This document shows positions 51,257-64,000 of a DNA stretch of 64,000 nucleotides, one piece after another; position 1 is the stretch's first letter; the number at the start of each line of letters is the position of its first letter. Made by a program: the position numbers and the translations under genes. Below the pieces are notes generated by a model. The model made no database searches and had not been told where the DNA came from. It worked only from the letters and a program-made list of their open reading frames with translations. The stretch spans positions 28,053,097 to 28,117,096 of the forward strand of contig NC_092397.1 of assembly GCF_030028105.1 (NCBI RefSeq). Reading direction: 5' to 3'. Source of the DNA: Mobula birostris. Taxonomy: Eukaryota.

Positions 51257-51509
51257 TCACTCAGGTCGCTGCTCACTGACAAACTGCCTACTGCTGTCTC
51301 CTTTTATACACAGCGCCCCGACCTGCCCGAGAAACGCGCAGAGAGACAGAGGCGGGGAGGGGAGGAGACAGAGTCAGAGTGACGGACAGAGCCGAGACCG
51401 GCCTCTCATCGTCCAGCTCCGCCTTCACTTTACCACAACCACCAATTTCCAACGATTCATCCGACACTCAGCGCTCCAGCGAAAAACAAAACTCCCTCAC
51501 ACACAGTTT

Positions 51510-53530
51510 GAAAAGAACGAGAGCCAATGTCAGGCCAATAAACATGGTGGGACTGATGGGCTGAAATGAGTTTATTTCAACACTAGGAGTACTATGTTAT
51601 CGGACGGACAGGGCTGGCAGCTCAACATTCCTGGGATTCATTGTTTTACATGTGAGTGGGGGGTTAAAAATGCAGAGGTTACCTCACTGGGAATGTCACA
51701 GCAAACAGAGGCAATCTGCAGTTACACTGTTGGGGCGTTTGTATTGGCCCCGCAACAACCAGTGGGGGGACATTATCTTCTCTAGATTAACTGGAACTTG
51801 CTTAATTCTTAAATGCGCCAGATTTCTTCAGTGAATCTGAGAGGTGTTTGAAACATTATGTACAGGGCCCAACCAGAGGTGAGAACAGATGGGAATGAGC
51901 CAGGCCAGGTGACAGTTGAGAGTCAGTGAACATTTTGGGAACAGTGATCACAAGTTTCTTTTTTTCTTAGTTACAAGTAAAAATAAAAGTAGATCTTGTA
52001 TGAAGGTACTAATTTGCAGGAGGACAAGTCAGGACGGAGGAAGACAGGAGCCAGGCAACATTGATTGGGAGCAGCCACTGTCAGACAAGTCCACATCTGA
52101 TGTGTGGGAGTTGTTTAAAGACCAGCAACTCTGAGTTCAGGATCAGCATGTTCCGGTGAGGAGTGAGGAGAAGGATGGTAAGTAAGGCATCTTTAGACAA
52201 GCAGAGAGATCCTAAATTTAGTCAAAAGGTTATGGAAAATTTGTGAAGCTAAAGTCAGACTGGGTACCTTTGGAATATAAAGGTAGCAGGGAAATGCTAA
52301 AGCAGGTGATAGGAAAGGCCAAAAGGGGCCTCAAACTGTCCTTGTAATGTAGGACCAAAGATGATCCCAAGGCCTTGTGATTTGTATTAATAAGACGAGG
52401 ATAACCAGAGAATAGAAATGTCGACTCAAGATTAAAGGAGGAATGATGTGGTTGAAGTCAGATCAAGTGGCTGAGGTACTAAATGAGTACGTTGTGTCAG
52501 TATTTACTGAAGTGAAGGAATTGAATGGCAATGAAAACAGAATGAGGCATGCGAATGTGCAGAGACATTTTGAGATTAAGGAGCAGGTTGTGCTGGGACG
52601 TCTGAAAAGCAATAAGATGGCTAAGACTCCAGGGCCTGAAGGCAAATATCCTACAACAGTGAAAGAAACAAGTGAGCAGATTGCCGGTGATTTGACAAGG
52701 ATCTATGTGTCTTCGATCACAACATGTGAGGTCCCACAGGACTGGAGTGTCGGAAATGTTGCAGCTTTGATCAAGAAGGGAAATAACAAGAATCCAGGAA
52801 CCTATAGGCAAGGCAGCCTCATTTCAGTGGCAGAGAAGCTACTGGGGAGGATATTGAGGTACAGGATTTATGCACATTCAGAAAGGCATGGCCTGCTTAG
52901 GGACATTCAACATGGTTTTGTGTAGGGAGATCATGCTTGATAAAAATCATTGAGGAGGTGACACAGACTAAGATATAGGAGCAGAATTCGACCATTTGGC
53001 CCATCGAGTCTGCTCCGACATTTCATTGTGGCTGATCCATTTTTCCTCTCAGCCCCAGTCTCCTGCCTTTCCCCTGTATCCCTTCATACTCTGACCAATC
53101 AAGAATCTATCAACCTCTGCCTTAAATATACATAAAGACCTGGCTTGACAGCTCCGTGTGGCAATGAATTCCACAGATGAACCACTCTCTGGTGAAAAAA
53201 AATCCCCATCTCCACATTCTACAAGGATGCTCCTCTATTCTGAGGCTGTGTCCTGATATTAGTCACTCCAATCCTCTGCACATCCACTTTATGACTGTGT
53301 TTCACCATTCGATAGGTTTCAATTGGGCCACCCCTCATTGATCAAAAATTCCAGTGAATACAGGCCCAGAGCCATCAAACACTCTTCATGTGGCAACCTG
53401 TTTCATCCTGCAATCAATCTGGAGAACGTCCTTTGAAACCCATTGAGTTTCAGCTCATCCTTCCTGAGATAAAGGGCCGAAAACTGCTCACAATACTCCA
53501 GTGAGACCTCCCCAGTACTTTATAAAGTCT
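51510..53530. mobile_element. Decayed CR1 fragments (endonuclease-RT on +, 3' half on -)
   Basis: EHFGNSDH (51916), KTPGPEG..QDWSVGNV..QHGFV (52443-52925), CR1 tail at ~52970. Confidence 0.75.
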
Positions 53531-53755
53531 GATCATTATTATGATTGGCGCAGATATTCTGGGCCGAAGGGCAGGTTGCCATCTGTTCCATATTGTGTAC
53601 TGATGAATATGTTTGATGTAACAGCTATTGGCAGGGACATGGTTGCAGAGACTGGGACTTTGACATTCCACTATATTCAATGTTCCACACAGAATCAGCA
53701 AAATGGAAAGGAGCAGGTTGGATTTGTTCATAACCTGCTGCTGAAGGAGTGGATA

Positions 53756-55290
53756 CAGTGCCTATAAAAAATGTTCAGTCTCCTTAGAAGTTATTATGTT
53801 TTATTCTTTTGCAATGGATTTAATTTGGCTTTTTTGACACTGATCAACAGAAAAGACTCCACGGTGTCAAAGTGAAAACAAATCTAAATTAATTGTAAAT
53901 ATGAAACAAAATAATTCATTGCCTTAGTATTTACCTCCTTCAAATCCGTAATTAGTTGATGCACCTTTGGCAGTATTTACAGTTGAGTCTGTGTCAATAG
54001 GTGTCTATCAGCTTTGCACATATGAACACTGCAATTTTTCCACATTCTTCTTTACAAAACTGCTGAAGCTCTGTCAGAATGCATGGGTTGGTGAGTGAAC
54101 ACTTCTTTTCAAGTCCAGCCACAAATCCTCAATTGGATTGAGGTCTGGACTCTCACAAAGCCACTCCAGGACATTAACTTTGTTGTTTTAAGGCATTCCT
54201 TTGCAGCTTTGGTTTTATGCTTGCGGTCATTGTCTTGCTGGAAAATTAATTTTCTCCTAAGTTGCAGTTCATTTGAAGACTGAATTAGGTTTTCCTCCAG
54301 GATTTCCCTGTATTTTGCTGCATTCATTTTACCCTCTACCTTTATGTGCCTTTCAGGGCCTGCTGCAGTGAAGCACACCCACAGGATGATGCAGCCTCCA
54401 CCATACTTCACGGTAGGGATGGTGTGTTTTTGATGTTGTGCGGTGTTTGGCTTACTCCAAACTTAGTGTTTGTGATGGTCAAAAAATTCAATTTTGTTTT
54501 CATCAGACCATAGAATCTTCTTTCAACTAACTTCAGAGCTCCCAACAATTCTGGCAAACTTCAGGCAAGATTTCATGAGAGCATTTTTCAACACTGGCTT
54601 TTTCTCTGCCACTCTCCCGTAAAGCTGCGACTGGTGAAACACCCGGGCAACAGTTGATGTTTGCACAATCTCTCCCACCACTGAAGCTTGTAACTCATCT
54701 AGAGTTATCATAGGTCTCCTGGTGGCCTCCCCCACTGGCCCCTTCTTGCATGGCCACTCAGTTTTTGAGGATAGCCTGCTCTTGGCAGATTTACAGCTGT
54801 GCCATATTCTTCCCACTTCTGGATGAGTGACTTAACTGTACTCCAAGGGCATTCAGTGACTTGGAAATGTTCTTGTATCCATCTCCTGGCTTGTGTTTGT
54901 CAATTACCTGTTTGCAGAGCAGCTCGGAGTGTTGATTTGTCTTCACGGTGTAGTTTCTCCCAGGATACTGACTCACCAGCAGCTCGACCTTCCACTTACA
55001 GGTGTACTATTACTACAATCAATTGAAACACCTTGACTGCACACGGTGATCTCCATTTAACTGATCATGCAACATGGAAAACTAATTGGCTGCACCAATG
55101 ATGATTTGGTGTGTCATATTAAAGGGGGTGAATACTTAAACAGACAATTATTTTGTGTTTTAGATTTGTAAATAGTTGAGAGCATTTTGTAGAGATTTGT
55201 TTTCGCTTTGACACAAAAGAGTCTTTTTCCATTGATTGGTTTCAAAAAAAGCCAAATTCAATCCACTGAGATTCAATGCTGTAAATTTTC
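53756..55290 (-). mobile_element. Tc1/mariner DNA transposon with long (~200 bp) inverted repeats and a disrupted transposase
   Basis: TA|CAGTGCC start at 53754-53762; TIR homology 53810-53942 vs 55120-55285; ORFs 54109-54411 (KYGGGCIILW, FQQDNDRKH), 54523-54816, 54791-54976 (GDGYKNISKSLN); right terminus not clearly resolved. Confidence 0.88.
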
Positions 55291-57829
55291 ATAGGAACTT
55301 TATATGTAGGGACAATGATGGTGAAAGGGGGAGGGAAAGACAACATTGGTAGGAGCGGCCTCAAGATCCTGGGGTGTGGTCAAAGGCATTCAAGGAAATA
55401 TTAAATCAAAGAACATACAAAGAGGCACTGGTGGTGCACAAGAGAATCAGAGATTTTCTAGGAACCAGTGAAAAGCTAAAAGTAACAAGGAACACGCAGA
55501 GAAGTTAACTCAGTAATTTGCATTAGTGCTCACAGTGGGACACAGCAAACATCCCATAGATATCTAACGGTGATATTTCAACATTGTGCCATAATGTGTA
55601 ACAATTGGCATCACAAGGGAGAAACTAATGGGACTAAAAGCAAACTTTACCAGGTCCCAACAACCTGCACTGGAGGGTTTCACAGGAAGTCTGTAGAGAA
55701 AGTAGAGACATTGAAGTTTGTCAAAACTCACTGTTACAGAAAGGTCCCAGTGGAGTTGAAAACCATTGCTGAAGAAGGGTGGAAGATAAAAAGCAGGTAA
55801 CTGTAGTCCTGTTAACTTCACTTCAGGTACTGGAGTTGATAATCTATCAAGAAATAACAAATTATTTGGAAAAGTTCAATGTCTACAGTCAGGTTCACAC
55901 AGATTCCACGATGACCAAAGTTCCCATCTGAGCTTGTGGTCTGTAACCCCCTCACCACCACATTATGAAGAAGGTTATCCTCTTCCTTGTCCCATGTCTC
56001 TGCATTTGGCCCAGATACTTCAAAACCTTTCCTTTCCATCTATCTGTCCAAGTGCTTTTTTAATGTACCTGACTCAACCATTCCCCCTAGCAGCTCATTC
56101 CATTTCCAGCCTCCAGGTCCCTCATGATTTTATACACCTCTGCAATATCAGCACTCATTCTCCAACATTACAGGGAAAATTATCCAAAACACCTTTCCAC
56201 AAATCCTTTGAGATCCAGTAACATCCCCATAAATCTCCTCTGTACTCTTTCCAGCTGAATGGTGTCTGTCATACAGCAGGGTCACAAAAACTAAACACTA
56301 TTTGCAAAATGTGTCCAAACCAACGTGTTGGACAACTGCAACATCTCATCCCAGCTTCTATATTCGGGGCCCTGAGTGAAGGCCAGTGTTCCAAAAGCCT
56401 CTTCACCACCCCGTCCATCTGGAACCTGGTCTTGGACCCTGTAACCTGGGTTGTTGAATGTTAAGTCATGTTTGACAAACACACCAGAGATTTGAGACTT
56501 TACAGGGGAAGTTGGAGAAGTGGTGTTTTTGGATTTTCGGGAGCCATTTGCCAAGGTGCCACATGTAAGGCTGGTGCACAAGACCAGAGCTCAGTACTGG
56601 GAAGGAAGTGTGTTAATACTGACTGAAGACTGGTCATCATACTGAGACAGAATAACAGGTCTGTTTCAGACTGGGATGATATAACTAGTGGAGTTTCCCA
56701 GTGACCAGTTCTGGATTGTCAATGATTTATTATTGATATTAATGACCCGGAGGAGGGGCAGAGAGTGAGGAATCCACGGTGGCAATGACAGGGAATGTGG
56801 TGGGGGACATGTTGTGATTGGACATTTCATCTCTTCAATGGGACCTGGGAAGCTGGCGAGCAGAATACATGGTAAATGGAGTTTAATGTGGTGAAGTGTG
56901 ATGGCATGTAGAGTGGTAGGAGGAATCAAAAGTCAAACTATTATTTATGTGGAGATAAATTGTAAATGAGAGAAATAGAGAGGGGTTGAGGTGCTGAACT
57001 ACACAACAAAATAGAGACAGGAGCAGTGAGTGGTTCATAAAGCCATATATGATCAAGGTTCAGAGCTGAATGGTCCATTGACATTTACTGCTGGGGTGTT
57101 GGTGCAGAGAAACAGAGAAGTGTTGTTACTGTGACAGACAAGTGCACAATGATGGATATTGGGAAGTTAAAGCAGGTCAGGACATACCCAGTGAATGGAA
57201 GGTCCTGAGGAGTGTTGATGAAAGAGAAACCTGGGGCACAGGTACCTTACTCCCTGAAAGTGCCAACACAGGCAGACAAGGTGGTGAAGAAGGAGCACAA
57301 CATGCTTGTCTTCATCGGCAAAGGCTCTGAGAGGAGTTGGGACATCACATTACAGTTGTACAAATCAATAATGACACCACACCAGGAGTACCCTGTGCAG
57401 TTCTGGTCACATGAGAGGAAGGATGTGATTAAGCTGGAAAGGTACAGAAACAATTCACAGGAATGTTACCTGCTCTGGGGGCTTGAGTTACAAGGAAAGA
57501 TCAGACTGACTGGGACTGTTTTCCCTGGAGTGAAGGAGACCGAGGGGAGACCTGACAGAAGATTATAGAACTATCAGAGGTGTAAACAAGGTAAACAGGC
57601 AAGATCATTTTGCCAGGGTAGAAATATCAAATATGAGAAGGCGCAGCTTTAAAATGCCAGGGTGAGAATTTAAAATTGGACGTTAAGACAGGTAAGATTT
57701 CTGTTTCTGTACAGAGTGGTGAGGGCTGCGTATGGGCTGCCATGGGGAGTGGTGGAAGCAGATATGATAATGACATTTAACAGGGTTTTAGATAACCAAA
57801 TGATTATTCAGAGAATTGAATCACATGAA

Positions 57830-60078
57830 ACAAAGTTAATTCAGAAACAAAGGTTCTGAACTTAAAGAGGGGTAACTTTGAAGGTATGAGACGTGAATTA
57901 GCTAAGATAGACTGGCAAATGACATTTAAAGGATTGACGGTGGATATGCAACGGCAAGCATTTAAAGGTTGCATGGATGAACTACAACAATTGTTCATCC
58001 TAGTTTGGCAAAAGAATAAATCAAGGAAGGTAGTGCATCCGTGGCTGACAAGAGAAATTAGGGATAGTATCAATTCCAAAGAAGAAGAATACAAATTAGC
58101 CAGAGAAAGTGGATCACCTGAGGACTGGGAGAAATTCAGAGTTCAGCAGAGGACGACAAAGGGCTTAATTAGGAAGGGGAAAAAAGATTATGAGAGAAAA
58201 CTGGCAGGGAACATAAAAACTGACTGTAAAAGATTTTATAGGTATGTAAAAAGGAAAAGACGGGTAAAGACAAATGTAGGTCCCCTACGGACAGAAACAG
58301 GTGAGTTGATTATGGGGAGCAAGGACATGGCAGACCAATTGAATAATTACTTTGGTTCTGTCTTCACTAAGGAGGACATAAATAATCTTCCAGAAATAGT
58401 AGGGGACAGAGGGTCCAGTGAGATGGAGGAACTGAGCGAAATACATGTTAGTAGGGAAGTGGTGTTAGGAAAATTGACGGGATTGACGGCAGATAAATCC
58501 CCAGGGCCAGATGGTGTGCATCCCAGGGTGCTTAAGGAAGTAGCCCAAGAAATAGTGGGTGCATTAGTGATAATTTTTCAAAACTCGTCAGATTCTGGAC
58601 TAGTTCCTGAGGATTGGAGGGTGGTTAATGTAACTCCACTTTTTAAAAAAGGAGGGAGAGAGAAATCAGGGAATTATAGATCGGTTAGCCTAACGTCGGT
58701 GGTGGGGAAACTGCTGGAGTCAGTTATCAAGGATGTGATAACAGCACATTTGGAAAGCAGTGAAATGATCGGACAAAGTCAGCATGGATTTGTGAAAGGA
58801 AAATCATGTCTGACGAATCTCATAGAATTTTTTGAGAATGTAACTAGCAGAGTGGATAGGGGAGAACCAGTGGATGTGGTATATTTGGATTTTCAGAAGG
58901 CTTTTGACAAGGTTCCACACAGGAGATTAGTGTGCAAACTTAAAGCACACGGTATTGCGGGTAAGGGATTGGTGTGGGTGGAGAGTTGGTCAGCAGACAG
59001 GAAGCAAAGAGTGGGAATAAACAGGACCTTTTCAGAATGGCAGGCGGTGACTAGTGGGGTACCGCAAGACTCAGTGCTGGGACCTGAGTTGTTTACAATA
59101 TATATTAATGACTTGGATGAGGGAATTAAATGCAGCATCTCCAAGTTTGCGGATGACACGAAGCTGGGTGGCAGTGTTAGCTGTGAGAAGGATGCTAAGA
59201 GGATGCAGGGTGACTTGGATAGGATGGGTGAGTGGGCAAATTCATGGCAGATGCAATTTAATGTGGATAAATGTGAAGTTATCCACTTTGGTGGCAAAAA
59301 TAGGAAAACAGATTATTATCTGAATGGTGGCCGATTAGGAAAAGGGGAGGTGCAACGAGACCTGGGTGTCATTATACACCAGTCATTGAAAGTGGGCATG
59401 CAGGTACAGCAGGCGGTGAAGAAGGCGAATGGTATGCTGGCATTTATAGCGAGAGGATTCGAGTACAGGAGCAGGGAGGTACTACTGCAGTTGTACAAGG
59501 CCTTGGTGAGACCACACCTGGAGTATTGTGTGCAGTTTTGGTCCCCTAATCTGAGGAAAGACATCCTTGCCATAGAGGGAGTACAAAGAAGGTTCACCAG
59601 ATTGATTCCTGGGATGGCAGGACTTTCATATGAAGAAAGACTGGATGAACTGGGCTTGTACTCGTTGGAATTTAGAAGAGTGAGGGGGGATCTGATTGAA
59701 ACGTATAAGATCCCAAAGGGATTGGACAGGCTAGATGCAGGAAGATTGTTCCTGATGTTGGGGAAGTCCAGAACGAGGGGCCACAGTTTGAGGACTGAGG
59801 GGAAGCCTTTTAGGACCGAGATTAGGAAAAACTTCTTCACACAGAGAGTGGTGAATCTGTGGAATTCTCTGCCACAGGAAACAGTTGAGGCCAGTTCATT
59901 GGCTATATTTAAGAGGGAGTTAGATATGGCCCTTGTGGCTACGGGGGTCAGGGGGTATGGAGGGAAGGCTGGGGCGGGGTTCTGAGTTGGATGATCAGCC
60001 ATGATCATAATAAATGGCAGTGCAGGCTCGAAGGGCCGAATGGCCTACTCCTGCACCTATTTTCTATGTATGTTTTCT
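57830..60078 (+). mobile_element. Young 5'-truncated CR1 with an uninterrupted 699-aa RT reading frame (57886-59985), present only in the right arm
   Basis: KSPGPDG, QHGFVKGKSCLTNL, DFQKAFD, KFADDTK; no endonuclease; PQGS changed to PQDS; ATGAA duplicated at 57825-57829 and 60079-60083; empty site at 15335-15339. Confidence 0.95.
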
Positions 60079-60619
60079 ATGAATTATAAGCGGGCTGAAG
60101 AGACTTAGTTTCATTTGGCATCGTGTTCAGCACAGACATCATGGGAAGAAGGGTCTGTTCCTGTGCTGTACTGTTCTGTGTTCTCGGTGAGCCTCAGTGA
60201 CAGGGGAGTCTTTAGCCGGGGTCTCAGACAAGTGTATCTGTCGTAAGGAGACAGACTGCAGGATGGTGCATTACCTCCCTGGTACCAGGGCCAAGGATGG
60301 AACTGAACAAGTACAGGCCATTCTGAAAGGGCAGGGTGAGCAGCCAGAGGTCGTGGTCCATATTGACACTAACAAAAGAGACAAAGTCCTGCAAGGAGAG
60401 CTCAGGGATTTAGGGAAAAAGTGAAGTGGAAACTCGGGGTCGGGGTGGGGGGGGGGGGCGGCGGTGGTGGAAATCCCAGTGCCACCTGCTGGCGAGGGAA
60501 GAAATAAAAGTGTGGTACAGTTATATGTGTGGCTCACGAGCTGGTGCAGGATGGAGGGTTTTAGTTTCATGGGTCATTGGGCTCTCCTTCAGGACAGGTG
60601 ATGGGAAGAGTAAGAGGTC

Positions 60620-61110
60620 AGTAACTGGCATTGACGGATGTGGATTAACACAGAAAGTAAGTCCAAATGGATAAATTACAGTGTCTCAGTAGCATTACAA
60701 GTGCACAGATATACAAATATCAGAAGAGAAGCAGGAGAAAGAATAAAAAGTAAGTTACCTCCAACAGTCTAACATGGGGGTGGGGGGGGGGGGCATCACT
60801 TCCCCGGCTATAGGTTGACTCATTATTGACCCTGATGGCCCAGTGTAAGAATGACTTCATACAGCGCTCCTTGGAGCAGCAGAGTTGTCTTATTCTGTTA
60901 CAGAAGGTGCTCCTCTGTTCAGCCAAGGTGGCATGCAGAGGGTGAGAAACATTGTCCAGAATTGCCAGGATTTTCCGTAGGGTCCTTTGTTTTACCACGG
61001 CCCCCAGTGTGTCCAGTTTCTCTCCTATAACAGAACCAGCCTTTCCAATCAGTTTGAGTCGGATAGCATCACCCGTGTTGGTGCCATTGGCTCAGTACAC
61101 CACTGTGAAG
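60620..61110 (-). mobile_element. Rex1-type LINE 3' fragment seen only in the right arm
   Basis: ORF 60720-60998 (ILDNVSHPLH...KSFLHWAIRVNN). Confidence 0.7.
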
Positions 61111-64000
61111 TTAGGCCAAGTTACTGAGCACAGTGGCACTGAGGGCCTGAAGTGTGTTTATATCAGTGCAGTGTAGAACGGTTACGGCAGACGTACTTAG
61201 AGCCTGGATTAGTACATGGCACGGTGATCCAGCCATTACAGAGATCTGGCTGAGAGAAGGGCAGCACTGACAGATAAACATTCCAGGATTCAGATGATTC
61301 AGACAGTCCAGAGGGTGGTGAATGAGGTTCGGGCTCTGTACTGCTGATCAGGCAGAATGTCACAAGGTCAAGGTCATCCCAGAGGCTCATCCAGTAAGAC
61401 AATGTGGGTAGAAATCAGGAATAAGAAAGGTGCAATCACCATGATGGGATTATACTGCAGACCTCCCAATAGCCAGTAAGAGACAGAAACAGATATGTTA
61501 GCAGGTTATGGGATGATGCAAAAACTACAGAGTAGATTTGGTGAGTGAATATCTCCTCAGAGTAACTGGGACTCCGTTACACCCTGAGGCTTGGATGGGG
61601 CATTATTTGTGTTCAGGAAGGTTTCCTGAAACAATATGTCGTCCACCAGGGAGGGGGACATTCTTGACTTCACCTTGGGAAATATGGGACTCAGCAGAGT
61701 GGTGGAAGGAACAACCAGTGTTCAAAGAGGAATTAGACAGGTCCTTCAGGGGAAATGACCTGCAGAGCTGTGGGAACAGAGTGGGGACTGTGGAAATGTT
61801 GTAGCAGGAGGTGGTATAAATTTGATGGGTCAAATAGTCTCGATGATCACAGAATGATTCTCTACCCAATAATAGTCTGAAAAAAACATTCTGGTCTCCA
61901 GTGAATCTTCCAAGCTCCAGGGTGGACAAGATCAATTGTGTAATAAGGACACACTTCAGTAAAAACACTGACACTGTATACCAAGCACACTGAGCTGCCA
62001 GAGCACAGCACCGGCCAGTGAGGACACAGACCAGTACAACACCCGGCTCTCTACTACAAAGTTCAAAGCTGAAAATAAATGTATTATAAAAATACATTTG
62101 TCACCATATACAACCCTGAGATTAGCTTTCTTGTGGGCATACTGCTGGTTTGTTAGAGCGGTTGGGGAGGATTTAAACTAATTTGGCAGGGGTGTGGGAA
62201 CAGGTGTGAAAGGACTCAGGGTAGGACAGATGGTAAAGAAAGCAAAGATTGCATGCAGTCACACTGTCAGGAAGGGCAGGCAGGTGATAGGACATAACTG
62301 CAGCCAGCAGGGTTAGTATCAGTGCATGAGGGATGCAGAATTAATAAGGGTAGCAAATACAGTACTCAAACTGTTATATCTCAATACACGGAGTATAAGA
62401 AATAAGGTGGATAATCTTATTGCCCTATTACGGATTGTCGTGACCATCACTGAATCACGGCTGAAGAATGTTTGTAGTTGGGAGCTAAGTGCCCAAGGTT
62501 ACACGTATCAGAGAGACAGGAAGGTGGGCAATGGGGATGGAATGGCTCTGCTGATAAAGAATGGTAACAAATCAGTAGAAAGATGTGACATAAGATTGGA
62601 AGATGTTGAATCCTTGTGAATTGAGTTAAAAAACTGCAAGGGTAAAAGACGCTGATGGTAGCTATATACAGGCCTCCCAACCGTTGCTGGGATGTGGGCC
62701 ACAAATTACAATAGTAAATAGAAAAGTCATGTCAAAAAGGGAATGTTATTCGAGATTTCATGGGATTCAGGGGAGATTTTAACATGCAGGTCAATTGGGA
62801 AAATCAGGTTGGAAATAGATCTCAAGAGAGTGAGTTTGGTGAATGCTGAACAGATGGCTTTTTGGAGCAGTTTGTCATTGAGCTACTAGGGGAACAGCTA
62901 TACTGGATTAGACAAGGCAGCAGAAAGGGAATTATAGACCAGTTGGACTGACCTCAGTGGTTGGGAAGATACCGGAGTGAATTGTTAAGGAGTATTGGAA
63001 ACACAGGACAAGAAAGGACAAAGTCAGCACGGTTTCCTTAAGGGAAAGTCTTGCCTGATGAACCTGTTGGAATACTTTCTGAGCAGATTACACACAGGAT
63101 GGATAAAGGGGATGCACTGATGTCATATATTTGGACTTTCAAAAGGCTTTCTTTGACAGGGTGCCACAAATGATCCTGGCAATAAAAGGATTAATGCACA
63201 AGGGTGACCACTAGAAGTGGGAATGGTGCTGGAGATGGACAGACCCAGAGTTTCCAGGATGCTGAGACCAGAGATTCAGTGGGTTGGTCAGTTTGGTGAC
63301 TACCATGACTGGAAAGGGGAAGAGACAGACAGTGCAATGTCTCCCTGTGGCTGTGACCCTCAGCAACAAGTACACTCCTTTGGATATCCCTGGGAGGATG
63401 ACGAACCAGAGAACAGCAGCCCGTCGTGTCAGTGATACTGCCACCCCGGTCCGATGCTCCGCGGGAGGAAAGGTCAATCACAGCAGTGATGACAACAGAC
63501 TCACAGTACAGGGGATGTGCAGGAGATTCTGTGGCAGCAAGAGAGATGCCACGGTGGTGTGTCCCCTCCTGGGGACCAGGGTCAGGCACGTCTCCGATGT
63601 GCAGGATTTCCTAATGATCAACTTGCCAGTTGATTTCGTGGTAAGGAAACCAAATGTGACGTCAGCATTCATTTCAAGAAGACTACAACACAAAAGCAAG
63701 GATGTAACGCTCAGACTTTATAAGGCAGTGGTCCGATCACACTTGGAGTATTGTGAACTGTTTTGGGCCCCTTATCTAAAAAGGTACGTGTTCACATAGG
63801 AGAAGGTCCAGAGGAGGTTCACAAGAATGATCCTGACAATAAAAGGGTTAATGCACGAGGATTGTTTGCTGGCTCTCGGCCTGTACTCGCTAGACTTTAG
63901 AAGAATGAGGGAATCTCATTGAAACCTATCAAAAATAGAAAGACCTACAATGGAGTGGGGAGGATGTTTCTGATAGCGGGGCAGTCTGGGATCACAGGGC

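Noticed and set aside
57886-59985. 699-aa ORF as a domesticated host gene or active retrotransposon
   Set aside because: 5'-truncated CR1 lacking ORF1 and endonuclease, with PQGS changed to PQDS, and absent from the paralogous arm. The open frame reflects recent insertion.

Overview
Eukaryotic (vertebrate) DNA. The histone H1/H2A sequences and the CR1/Rex1/Penelope/Tc1 repeat landscape suggest a cartilaginous fish, probably a ray; this is an inference. The window holds a dispersed replication-dependent histone cluster of 7 intact genes: H4(+), H3(+), H1(-), H2A(-), H2B(-), H2B(-), H4(-). Each has the 16-nt 3' stem-loop and a purine-rich downstream element. Most of the remaining sequence is decayed retrotransposon. 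The largest structure is an inverted segmental duplication: about 11.7-23.0 kb is the reverse complement of about 50.4-64.0 kb and probably runs past the window end. Each arm ends internally in an H4 gene, and the arms enclose H3/H1/H2A/H2B/H2B. The cluster also holds remnants of lost histone genes (an orphan H4 promoter, an orphan H2A promoter, a decayed H4 3' end) and a C2H2 zinc-finger pseudogene. Short Penelope-like insertions carry minimal hammerhead-ribozyme motifs, and some are head-to-head palindromes with target-site duplications. There is also a possible permuted hammerhead-like motif near 47.1 kb and two minisatellites. All alignments were done by eye; no databases were searched.
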